NCBI GenBank assembly: GCA_046484135.1
Contig: JAWOBU010000121.1
Span: 1 to 12,138 of the forward strand
DNA: 12,138 bases
Source of the DNA: a bacterium
Lineage (GTDB): Bacteria; RBG-13-61-14; DATKZS01
Reading direction: 5' to 3'
A program made the position numbers and the translations under genes. The number at the start of each line of letters is the position of its first letter. Positions within the stretch are counted from its first letter, which is position 1. Shown in pieces: positions 1 through 7,598 of this stretch. Below the pieces are notes generated by a model. It was not told the DNA's origin and searched no databases. It worked only from the letters and a program-made list of their open reading frames with translations.

Positions 1-1098
1 CACTGGAAGGACCTGAAGGACCGGGCCCGCACGGACAAAGGGGTCGAGAACTACAAGAAGTTCGGCACCGTGAACATGGTGGCTGTGTCCAATGAAGCGG
101 GCGTGTTCCCCACCGGCTACTGGAAGCGCGGCAGACGGGACGACTACTATGACAAGCTGAGCGGGGAAGCACACCACAAGCTCTGCCGCGTCAAGGCCAA
201 GGCATGCCCCCGCTGTTTCATGGCCTGCGGCAAGCGCTCCCGAGTGAAAAAAGGCCGACACCAGGGCCTCGAGATCGAAGGGCCCGAGTTCGAGACCATC
301 TACGCTTTCGCCGGACTGTGCCTGATAGACGACATCCCCGAGGTCATGTACTTGAACGACCTTTGCGACCGCTACGGCATTGACACCATCACCGCGGGAA
401 ACCTGGCGTCCTTTGCCATGCACGCCTCCAAGCTGGGAATAATCCCGGAGAAGATCGAGTTCGGAGACGCGGACGCAGTGGCCGGGCTGGTGCGTGACAT
501 GGCGTACAGGCGGGGCGTGGGAGAAGTGCTTTCGCAGGGCATTCTTCACGCGGCCCGCGAATGGGACATGGAGGACGAAGCCGTGCACGTCAAGGGGCTC
601 GAGCCCGCGGGATACGACCCGCGCGGCCTGAAAGGCATGGGACTGGCTTACGCGGTGTCCGACCGTGGGGCATGCCATCTCCGGACCACCTTTTACAAGC
701 CGGAGCTGGCCGGACATATCGCGCCGGATGCCATCGAGGGCAAGGCACGCATGCTAATTGATTACGAAGACCGGGCCACCTTGTTCGACACCCTGATCCT
801 GTGCAGGTTCTTCCGGGACCTGGACCAGTGGGAAGAGCTCAAGAAGATCGTTTCCGGGACCACCGGCATGGCCCCGGACATGGACGGTCTCAAACGGATC
901 GCTGCCAATGTTACCGACGCCGCCCGCCTCTTCAACCTCCGCGAGGGCCTCACCAGGGAAGACGACCGGCTTCCCCCGCCCATTTACAAAACCCCCCTCG
1001 AACCTTTCGGGCAACGCATCAGCGAACAGGAGCTCGACACCCTGGTCCGGGACTACTACCGCCTCCGAGGCTGGGACCGGGACGGCAAGCCGGTTTAA
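1..1098 (+). CDS. aor: Aldehyde:ferredoxin oxidoreductase family protein (W/Mo-pterin, 4Fe-4S), 5'-truncated by window edge
   Basis: Frame 1 is open from base 1 (HWKDLKDRARTDKGVENYKKFGTVNM...), so the ORF-track start at 70 is not the real start. AOR-family motifs: CPRCFMAC (Fe-S), PEFET, DRYGIDTI, HVKGLEPAGYDPRG, DRGACHLR and C-terminal YYRLRGWDRDGKP. Stop TAA 1096-1098. Confidence 0.93.
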   Translation, partial: HWKDLKDRARTDKGVENYKKFGTVNMVAVSNEAGVFPTGYWKRGRRDDYYDKLSGEAHHKLCRVKAKACPRCFMACGKRSRVKKGRHQGLEIEGPEFETIYAFAGLCLIDDIPEVMYLNDLCDRYGIDTITAGNLASFAMHASKLGIIPEKIEFGDADAVAGLVRDMAYRRGVGEVLSQGILHAAREWDMEDEAVHVKGLEPAGYDPRGLKGMGLAYAVSDRGACHLRTTFYKPELAGHIAPDAIEGKARMLIDYEDRATLFDTLILCRFFRDLDQWEELKKIVSGTTGMAPDMDGLKRIAANVTDAARLFNLREGLTREDDRLPPPIYKTPLEPFGQRISEQELDTLVRDYYRLRGWDRDGKPV

Positions 1099-1143
1099 AA
1101 ATATATTTGCCGTCCGAGAAAGAGGTACTGCGGCGGCGTTTGT

Positions 1144-2727
1144 TTACGCTTCTATGATCTTCATGGCCTGGTCGCGGTAGTGGTTCATGATGTAGGGGAT
1201 GCCGGTTACCTTTTCGCATTCTTCGGTGAGGGACGCGAGGTCGTCCCGGTTAATGTATTCGGTTTTCCATTTCCTGGCGCCTGCCATGAGCTGCTGGAGC
1301 CCGACCCGGATTTTCTCGGCAAAGCTGTAGATGCCGACGGCTCCTAAGGGGAAGCTGTCCACGTCGTTTCCGAACTTGTCGCGGAGCTCCTCGTAGAGCA
1401 CGAAGATTTCTTCTTTTTTGTCGCCGTGCCTGGACATGGTTTTGGGAAGTCCGCCGTCCTCGTTTTTGAGCCACTTCTCGGCGTTCTTGCCCACCATGCC
1501 GGGGATCATGAGCGCGCGTCCCATGCAGACCGCCTTGGTGTAGGGCGCTCCCAGTGCCAGGCACTTGAACACGTGGTCTTCGCTGGAGAAGCCGCCTGCG
1601 AAGGCGAGGTCCGGCACCTTGGCGCCTTTTTTCTCGAGCTTCCGGCACAGCTCGTAAGCCATGGAGTGGAGGTATATGGCGGGCACTCCCCACTCGCACA
1701 TCATTCTCCAGGGGCTCATGCCGGTCCCGCCGGGCGCGCCGTCAATGGTGAGGAGATCAATGCCGGCGTCCGATGACCACTTGATGGCCATGGCCAGCTC
1801 GCGCATGGGATAGGCGCCGGTTTTCAGTGTGACCCGCTTGGCGCCCAGTTGGCGGACCCTTTCCACTTCCTTCATGAAGTCTTCCTGCTCCGCGAACCCG
1901 AGGCGGGAGTGGCGCTCGAACTGCTTGATGGCGCCGGACTTGAAGGCGGCCTGGTTTGACGGGAGCTCCGGGTCGGGGGTCACGATGTAGCCGCGTTTTT
2001 TGAGCTCGAGGGCGCGGTCCAAAGAGTTCACCTTGATCTCGCCGCCGATGCACTTGGCTCCCTGTCCCCACTTGAGCTCGATGGTCTCGACCCCCAGCTC
2101 GTTGATGACGTACTCGGCCACCCCGAACTTGGTGTCCTCCACGTTCAACTGGACCAGGATGTCCCCGTAGCCCTGGTGGTACTTGCGGTAAGCCTCGACC
2201 CGGCGCTTCATGTCCGGAGCGTGCTTGACCTTGCCGTTCTTGTCGAGCTCGAGATCGGGGTCTATGCCGCACACGTTCTCGCCGCATACCAGGGACACGC
2301 CTGCGATGGCCGCGCCGATTGCGAAGTGCTCCCAGTTTTTGCGGGCGATCTCGGTGGAGCCGAGCGCGCCGGTGAAGATGGGGACCTTCATCTTGACTTT
2401 GTCCTTGTCGCCGAACTCGGTCTCGGTGTCCACGGCGGGGAAGGTGGCGTGCTCGGAGTCCGCCTGGATGCCTTCGGCGCCCATGGCATAGCCCATGATG
2501 TTCAAGTGGGAGTAGTCCACCGGGTAGTCCTTGTCAGCGCCCGCGGTTACGTCTCCAAACGGACCGGGGTACAGAAGCTCCCTTCCCCGGAAGGTGGCGT
2601 TGAACACGTCGCAGTTGCCGCGGCAGCCGTCCACGCACCTGGAGCAGATGCCGGACTGGGGGGCCACGTCCTTGGAACGGTTCGAGGTCCTAAGGGCCTC
2701 GTTGGCATTGGGACGATGCAGGTTCAT
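1144..2727 (-). CDS. FMN-binding glutamate synthase family protein (stand-alone synthase-like domain, no glutamine amidotransferase domain)
   Basis: 527 aa. IELKWGQGAKCIGGEI resembles the GOGAT EIKxxQGAKxGxGG motif; also LLTIDGAPGGTG, AFAGG and FKCLALGA...MGRA of the FMN barrel. N-terminal CSRCVDGCRGNC. SD AAGGAG lies upstream of the ATG. Confidence 0.88.
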   Translation of the reverse strand: MNLHRPNANEALRTSNRSKDVAPQSGICSRCVDGCRGNCDVFNATFRGRELLYPGPFGDVTAGADKDYPVDYSHLNIMGYAMGAEGIQADSEHATFPAVDTETEFGDKDKVKMKVPIFTGALGSTEIARKNWEHFAIGAAIAGVSLVCGENVCGIDPDLELDKNGKVKHAPDMKRRVEAYRKYHQGYGDILVQLNVEDTKFGVAEYVINELGVETIELKWGQGAKCIGGEIKVNSLDRALELKKRGYIVTPDPELPSNQAAFKSGAIKQFERHSRLGFAEQEDFMKEVERVRQLGAKRVTLKTGAYPMRELAMAIKWSSDAGIDLLTIDGAPGGTGMSPWRMMCEWGVPAIYLHSMAYELCRKLEKKGAKVPDLAFAGGFSSEDHVFKCLALGAPYTKAVCMGRALMIPGMVGKNAEKWLKNEDGGLPKTMSRHGDKKEEIFVLYEELRDKFGNDVDSFPLGAVGIYSFAEKIRVGLQQLMAGARKWKTEYINRDDLASLTEECEKVTGIPYIMNHYRDQAMKIIEA

Positions 2728-2748
2728 TATTTTTCTCCTTTTTTTTCT

Positions 2749-3154
2749 GGTATTTTTTCCGGCCGGTACTTGCCGTGCGAGTCAACCCGACAGGGAGCGA
2801 CCGGAGTATTCGATCTTCCTGGATCAGCAGTGGTAAAGTGTTACCGGTATTTTAAACCCACAGCAAGCTTTCCGGCAAGTTCATGCCAATTATATCATCT
2901 TTGCATCTCTTGTCAATATCAAATTTCCATAAAATGTTAGCAAGATACAGATTGGCTCCCGTATCCCGGCCCGGCTTGCTTGAGCGGCAAAATTGCCGGC
3001 AATTATCCGGCAACATCAAGAAATGAATTTGCCGAGTTTAATGTGTCTTCCGAATCAATCGCGTTATTTTTACATAAGGTAGAGAGTCGGCCTTTTAAGT
3101 TGAGATGGAGTGGACCGGCAAAATTTCCAGATCGGCTTTGACAATTGCCGGTAT
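2749..3154. promoter_or_regulatory. Array of imperfect palindromes GGNA-N4/N6-TNCC, candidate NrpR operators
   Basis: GGTA-AAGTGT-TACC 2832-2845; GGCA-AGTTCA-TGCC 2874-2887; GGTA-TTTT-TTCC 2749-2760; GGCA-AAAT-TGCC 2986-2997; GGCA-AAAT-TTCC 3117-3128; TTGCCGGTAT 3145-3154. The methanococcal NrpR operator is GGAA-N6-TTCC. Confidence 0.55.
2889..2916 (-). promoter_or_regulatory. Consensus sigma70 promoter for the glutamate-synthase-like gene
   Basis: Minus strand reads TTGACA (2916-2911), 16 nt, then TATAAT (2894-2889), with an extended -10 TGn directly upstream. Predicted TSS near 2882. Confidence 0.85.
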
Positions 3155-3166
3155 GAGTGGTACATA
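3138..3166 (+). promoter_or_regulatory. Candidate sigma70 promoter for nrpR
   Basis: TTGACA 3138-3143, 17-nt spacer ending in TGG (extended -10), imperfect -10 TACATA 3161-3166. Confidence 0.6.
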
Positions 3167-3172
3167 AAAGCT

Positions 3173-4183
3173 ATGCGCGATAAAACCGAACGAAAGCGGT
3201 TGTCCATTTTGCGGGTGCTCAACGAATCGGGGCGTCCCTTGGGCAGCTCCCGCATCACTGAGCAGCTTCAGTCCATGGGGCACGAGGTCAGCGAGCGCAC
3301 GGTTCGCTACTACCTTTTTCAGATGGACCGGGAAGGACTCACGCAAAACCTTGGCAAGCGGGGCCGGATGATCACTGAGAAGGGGCACGGCGAGCTTGAC
3401 CACGCCCGGGTGATCGAGAAGGTGGGCTTTCTGGCCGCCAAGATAGACCAGATGACCTACCGGATGAGCTTTGACCTGAAGAGCCGTTCTGGCACGGTTG
3501 TTATCAACGTGAGCCTGGTGCCCCGGGAGGACCTGTTGGGCACGGTCCCTCTTATGTGCCGTGTTTTCGAGGCCGGCTACTCGATGGGCAACCTGATCGG
3601 TCTTTTCCAGCCGGGGGACAAGCTTGGCGACATGGTGGTTCCCGCGGGCATGGCGGGGATCGGCACGGTCTGTTCCATCACCTTGAACGGTGTGCTCCTG
3701 GCCCACGGCATACCGACCACCTCGCGGTTCGGGGGGCTCCTCGAGCTCATTGACAAGAAGCCCTCCCGGATGGTCGAGATCATCACCTATGAGGGGACCA
3801 GCCTGGACCCGCTGGAGATATTCATCAAAAGCGGGATGACCGACTACTCGGGCGCCACATCCATCGGAACCGGCCGGATCGGGGTGGGCTTCCGGGAGTT
3901 CCCCGCGGACAGCCGCGACCGGGTGATAGACCTGGCGGAGAAGCTTAGCGAGGCGGGCTTGGGCGGTTTCATGTCCATTGGCTGGCCGGGCCAGCCGTTA
4001 CTTGAGATACCGGTGAGCGAGGGCAGGGTAGGGGCCATCGTGATCGGGGGCTTAAACCCCATCGCCATCCTGGAAGAGAGGTCGGTACCGGTCCAGTCCA
4101 AGGCCCTGGCCACCATCGTGGACTTCGATTGCCTGTTCCCCTTCTATGAGCTCGAACGAAGGGTAAAGGAGACGTTCCTTTGA
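3173..4183 (+). CDS. nrpR: NrpR-family nitrogen transcriptional repressor (winged HTH plus one NRD/DUF128 domain)
   Basis: N-terminal wHTH (ILRVLNESGRPLGSSRITEQL...VSERTVRYYLFQMDREGLT...GRMITEKG). NRD motifs GTVVINVS, GIGTVCSITLNGVLL, LDPLEIFI, GGLNPIA. Start placed at ATG 3173 (336 aa) because the GTG-3110 extension runs through the promoter. Confidence 0.9.
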   Translation: MRDKTERKRLSILRVLNESGRPLGSSRITEQLQSMGHEVSERTVRYYLFQMDREGLTQNLGKRGRMITEKGHGELDHARVIEKVGFLAAKIDQMTYRMSFDLKSRSGTVVINVSLVPREDLLGTVPLMCRVFEAGYSMGNLIGLFQPGDKLGDMVVPAGMAGIGTVCSITLNGVLLAHGIPTTSRFGGLLELIDKKPSRMVEIITYEGTSLDPLEIFIKSGMTDYSGATSIGTGRIGVGFREFPADSRDRVIDLAEKLSEAGLGGFMSIGWPGQPLLEIPVSEGRVGAIVIGGLNPIAILEERSVPVQSKALATIVDFDCLFPFYELERRVKETFL

Positions 4184-4264
4184 GCTTATCTGCTTGAACT
4201 TCCGTACTCATGTAGTAAGCTATCTTTAAGGACTTATGCTGAGAACATGCGGGGACGGGTTTGC

Positions 4265-6397
4265 ATGAATAAGACATCTTTTTTTCGTCGCGAATACGGG
4301 TACGGCTTGCTGGCGGTTGCGTGGTGCGCGATAGGGGCTTTTCTTATCTGGAGCCTGGTAGCGGCTCCGGGTTGCGGCAAGGACCGCTGGAACATCCTGG
4401 TGATTAGCATGGACACCACCCGCGCCGACCGCATTCGCTGTTACGGTTATGACTGGGTGGAGACTCCCGGTCTCAACTCGCTGGCGCGGGACGGTATTCT
4501 TTTCGAGCGGGCCTACAGCCACATACCGCTTACTTTGCCCGCCCATACCTCCATCTTTACCGGCATGGTCCCTACCTATCACGGAGTGATAGACAACGGC
4601 GGGTACCAGGTCCCGGAGGACGTGACCACCCTGGCGGAGGTGTTAAAAGAGGCGGGCTACCAAACTTCTGCCTTCATCAGCGCCGCGGTCTTGAAAAAGG
4701 AGTTCAATCTGGACCAGGGCTTTGATTACTGGAACGAGGAGGACATTGAGCCGCAGGAAGAGCTGTCCGCCCTGGTTGCGGAGCGGCCCGCGGACAAGGT
4801 CACGGACGACGCCCTGGAATGGCTGGAGAAAAACCGTCAGAAGAACTTTTTCATGTGGGTCCATTATTATGATCCGCACGCCACTTATGATCCTCCCTCT
4901 GTTTACGCCGAGCTTTATGAAAGCGATTATGACGGCGAGATAGCTTTCATGGACAGCGAGATCAAAAGGCTGTTGGGTCAGATGAAGGAGTACGGCCTTT
5001 ATGACAAGACCATGATCATAGCGGTGGGGGACCACGGGGAAGGTCTGGGAGAGCACGACGAACAGACGCACGCCACCTTTATCTACGAGACCACCCAGCA
5101 CATCCCCCTCATAATGACCATACCCGGCTTCCAGGAGGCGGGAAAAAGGATCAGGACCCTTGCGTCCCACATGGACCTCATGCCTACCGTGCTCGACTTC
5201 CTGGGGCTGGAGATGCCGGCGGACATGAACGGCAAAAGCCTGAAAGAGATCATCGAGCTGCCGGCCGGCGAGGTAATAGACCGTTATGTCTTTCTCGAGT
5301 CCAAACATTCCCTGCTCCATTATGGCTGGTCTCCGCTCTCCGCCATTGTGGGGCCGCGCTATAAGTACATCAAGGCCCCCACCCCCGAGTTCTACGACCT
5401 CCGGAACGACCCGGACGAGTCCCGTAATCTCTACCGGGAAGACAAAAAGCCTGTAACGAACTATAAAAACCGGCTCAACGAGTTTGAAGACAAGTGGAAA
5501 GAGGGCCTGAAGCAGGAGAACCCCGACCTGTCGCCGGCACTGGAACAACAGCTTGCCGCGCTGGGATACGCCACCTCCCGCTTCAAGGGAGACCCGGAAA
5601 AGGCCAAGGAGAAGGACCCCAAAGACTACGTGGACCTGATGCCCAAGTTAAGCGCCCTTAACCAGACCCAATCCAAGGACAATTACCGGGCCACCTTGAG
5701 GCTCGCCAAGGAGATACTGGAAAGAGACCCGGAGAACCCGCGGGCCCTGCGACACCGTGCCGAAGCTCTTTTGGGCGTGGGAAGGTTCCAGGACTCCATC
5801 GAGGCCACCAAAGAGCTCATGGAGCAGGAAGGAGAGAGCGCTCCCGCTTACGTCAAGATCGCGATCGCCTACCTCCGGCTCGGGGTGAACGCAAGGCAGG
5901 ACGGGGACATAGAGGGGTCCAACGGCTACTACCGCCAGGCTCGCGAAACGTGTAAGAAAGCGATGGAGGTCAATGAACGCTATCCGATTACTTACTACTA
6001 CCTGGGCAGGATCGCGCTGGCGCTGGGAGAGCATGACAAGGCGTTGACCTATTTCCAGAAGGACCAGATCGCCGAGTCCGAGTACGGGCACGTGGGCATG
6101 GCGCTTCTCTACGAAGCCCAGCAGCGGCCGGCGCTGGCGGAGGCCGAGTTCGAGATGGCCAAGAAGCTGGCGGGAGAGCATAGCGGGGTCTTCTGGCAGG
6201 AATGGGGCATGTACCTGATGCGGCAGGGGCGGGAGGACGAAGCCCTGGAGTACCTGGAAAAGGCGGTGGAAGGAGACGCGTCCGTTGAGAAGCAGGGAAT
6301 CATTCAAAAGGCCCTGGAAAAAGCCAGAGAGGCCAAAGGCGAGACAGGGGAAGAAAGCGGGAGCACGACCGGGGACAAAGATTCCGCGGACGAGTAA
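4265..6397 (+). CDS. Exported or membrane-anchored sulfatase-like hydrolase (alkaline phosphatase superfamily) with C-terminal TPRs
   Basis: Hydrophobic N-terminus ending APGC (possible lipobox); ISMDTTRAD; PLTLPAHTSIFTG at the nucleophile site; HYYDPH; YDGEI; GDHGE; HMDLMPT. TPR-like helices follow (YYYLGRIALALGEHDKALTYFQK etc.). Start may instead be ATG 4247. Confidence 0.85.
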   Translation: MNKTSFFRREYGYGLLAVAWCAIGAFLIWSLVAAPGCGKDRWNILVISMDTTRADRIRCYGYDWVETPGLNSLARDGILFERAYSHIPLTLPAHTSIFTGMVPTYHGVIDNGGYQVPEDVTTLAEVLKEAGYQTSAFISAAVLKKEFNLDQGFDYWNEEDIEPQEELSALVAERPADKVTDDALEWLEKNRQKNFFMWVHYYDPHATYDPPSVYAELYESDYDGEIAFMDSEIKRLLGQMKEYGLYDKTMIIAVGDHGEGLGEHDEQTHATFIYETTQHIPLIMTIPGFQEAGKRIRTLASHMDLMPTVLDFLGLEMPADMNGKSLKEIIELPAGEVIDRYVFLESKHSLLHYGWSPLSAIVGPRYKYIKAPTPEFYDLRNDPDESRNLYREDKKPVTNYKNRLNEFEDKWKEGLKQENPDLSPALEQQLAALGYATSRFKGDPEKAKEKDPKDYVDLMPKLSALNQTQSKDNYRATLRLAKEILERDPENPRALRHRAEALLGVGRFQDSIEATKELMEQEGESAPAYVKIAIAYLRLGVNARQDGDIEGSNGYYRQARETCKKAMEVNERYPITYYYLGRIALALGEHDKALTYFQKDQIAESEYGHVGMALLYEAQQRPALAEAEFEMAKKLAGEHSGVFWQEWGMYLMRQGREDEALEYLEKAVEGDASVEKQGIIQKALEKAREAKGETGEESGSTTGDKDSADE

Positions 6398-6440
6398 GCC
6401 GTCTTATGGAATTTGCGGCATGAAGAAATTCATATTTCAA

Positions 6441-6465
6441 GCCCGCGACTGAAGGCGCGCGGCAA
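6441..6465. repeat. Degenerate REP-like palindrome
   Basis: GCCCGCGACTGAAGGCGCGCGGCAA; core GCGACTGAAGGCGC resembles the inverse of the copy at 7304-7317. Confidence 0.4.
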
Positions 6466-6585
6466 TGTTCGTACTTTTTTCGATCACAAAACAGTCGGAC
6501 TCTTTAACCTTCAAGTTCAGCGGTCCGGGCGAGCGAGTCCGGCCGCGATTTACGTTGCTTTGGCGAAGATGACGCCCGCCGGTCC

Positions 6586-7164
6586 TTACCCTGAAGTGGT
6601 CATGCTGATGACGACGTTTACGTTCTCGTTGTCTTTTTGCACCATGATGGTGCCGGCCCGCTCCCCCGACTGAAACTGAAGGCTTTTAATTCCCGGCATG
6701 GACACGGAAGACTTTATCTCGTAGCCTTTATCGGAAAGGTTTTTCTTGTACCAGGAGTAGACATCGTCAACCGGGTCATCGGTTACCATGGTGATCGAGT
6801 AACCGGTGCCGTCCCCGCTGCTGCTCTTTACGCTGTTGGCGATCTCTCCCTCATAGAGCGGGAACTCTTCCGGGAAGCCATCCGGAAGCTCGGAGCCGCC
6901 AAAGCTCATCTCAGCCGTTTTCTCGCCGTCCTTGCTCCGGGCCACCACCCGGCCGCGGCCTTCCGAGTCGGATTCCCAGCTGATATCCTCGCCGGTCTCC
7001 TCGTCCTGGTACTTCATCTCGAAGTCCTTTTCCTCAGAGCCGCCTTTTTTCACCGCTTCGCCGGCTTCGGAATCTTCTTTTGTCTTGTCTCCGCCACTGC
7101 AGGCGCCCACATAAAGGGCCGCGAAAAAAAGAACGAACACGGAAACCCAAATTGCCTTGTTCAT
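6586..7164 (-). CDS. Hypothetical acidic lipoprotein
   Basis: GGAGG SD (7175-7171) precedes ATG 7164. MNKAIWVSVFVLFFAALYVGAC is a signal peptide II with lipobox VGAC, followed by a D/E/K-rich linker and a globular part (LPDGFPEEFPLY...VDDVYSWYKKNL). An alternative in-frame start at 7194/7197 has its own AAGGAG. Confidence 0.8.
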   Translation of the reverse strand: MNKAIWVSVFVLFFAALYVGACSGGDKTKEDSEAGEAVKKGGSEEKDFEMKYQDEETGEDISWESDSEGRGRVVARSKDGEKTAEMSFGGSELPDGFPEEFPLYEGEIANSVKSSSGDGTGYSITMVTDDPVDDVYSWYKKNLSDKGYEIKSSVSMPGIKSLQFQSGERAGTIMVQKDNENVNVVISMTTSG

Positions 7165-7225
7165 ACCATACCTCCGGTCTTTTTTATCAAACATCATTTG
7201 CTCCTTTCATTAACCTGTGGCGTCT

Positions 7226-7234
7226 ATTATAGCA
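7226..7234 (-). promoter_or_regulatory. Extended -10 promoter for the lipoprotein gene
   Basis: Minus strand reads TGC-TATAAT (7234-7226). Confidence 0.55.
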
Positions 7235-7297
7235 TGACGCCGTTAAAAAAGAAGATGAAGGGTGCCGGTTTCCTGTAAACCGGAAAATGACGGATAA

Positions 7298-7320
7298 GTG
7301 CGAGCGGCTTCAGCCGCGAT
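7298..7320. repeat. REP-like palindrome
   Basis: GTGCGAGCGGCTTCAGCCGCGAT with arms GCGGCT/AGCCGC; resembles GTAG-family REP elements. Confidence 0.45.
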
Positions 7321-7368
7321 TGAACTCGGTCACCCCGCCCATATCTTTTACAAAGCGAGCTGGAACGC

Positions 7369-7397
7369 TTGACAGTGCACCAGCCCGAGTTTACGTT
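7369..7397 (+). promoter_or_regulatory. Candidate sigma70 promoter for the radical SAM gene
   Basis: TTGACA 7369-7374, 17 nt, TACGTT 7392-7397 (TAnnnT). Confidence 0.55.
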
Positions 7398-7541
7398 TTA
7401 TGCCTGTCCCGAAGCCGATATAATCCGTAACCTGTCGGGTTTGCATTCAAACCTGTTCTGTAAGATATTGGTTAGCAAGCATGGCTTAGAGTGGTTAAAA
7501 AGAAACCGTTCGTAAGCGATCTTATTACAAGGAGGACGCTT

Positions 7542-7566
7542 GGCAACCTTGGTTGCTGTTTTTTTT
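7542..7566 (+). terminator. Terminator-like hairpin in the radical SAM 5' leader
   Basis: GGCAAC-CTTG-GTTGCT hairpin followed by G and 8 T (7559-7566), 32 nt before the ATG. Confidence 0.45.
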
Positions 7567-7598
7567 GTCGGACGAGAGATGGTAGAGGAGGAGGACCC

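Noticed and set aside
4181..4247. nrpR and the sulfatase-like ORF share a frame, separated by a single TGA (possible readthrough or selenocysteine fusion)
   Set aside because: NrpR already ends at a normal length, no SECIS-like hairpin is evident, and the downstream protein has its own export signal. An in-frame 21-codon gap is easily chance.
6520..6546. GC-rich hairpin between the convergent sulfatase-like and lipoprotein genes
   Set aside because: No clear U-tract on either side, so it was not called as a terminator.
7500..7556. Resemblance to SAM-I (CTTAT...GCAACC) or c-di-GMP-I riboswitch fragments
   Set aside because: Spacing is too short and the required helices cannot be built by eye. 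An Rfam scan would be decisive.
7491..7598. 36-aa N-terminal extension of the radical SAM protein from GTG 7491
   Set aside because: There is no good SD at 7491, whereas ATG 7599 has GAGGAGG; the extension crosses a terminator-like structure.
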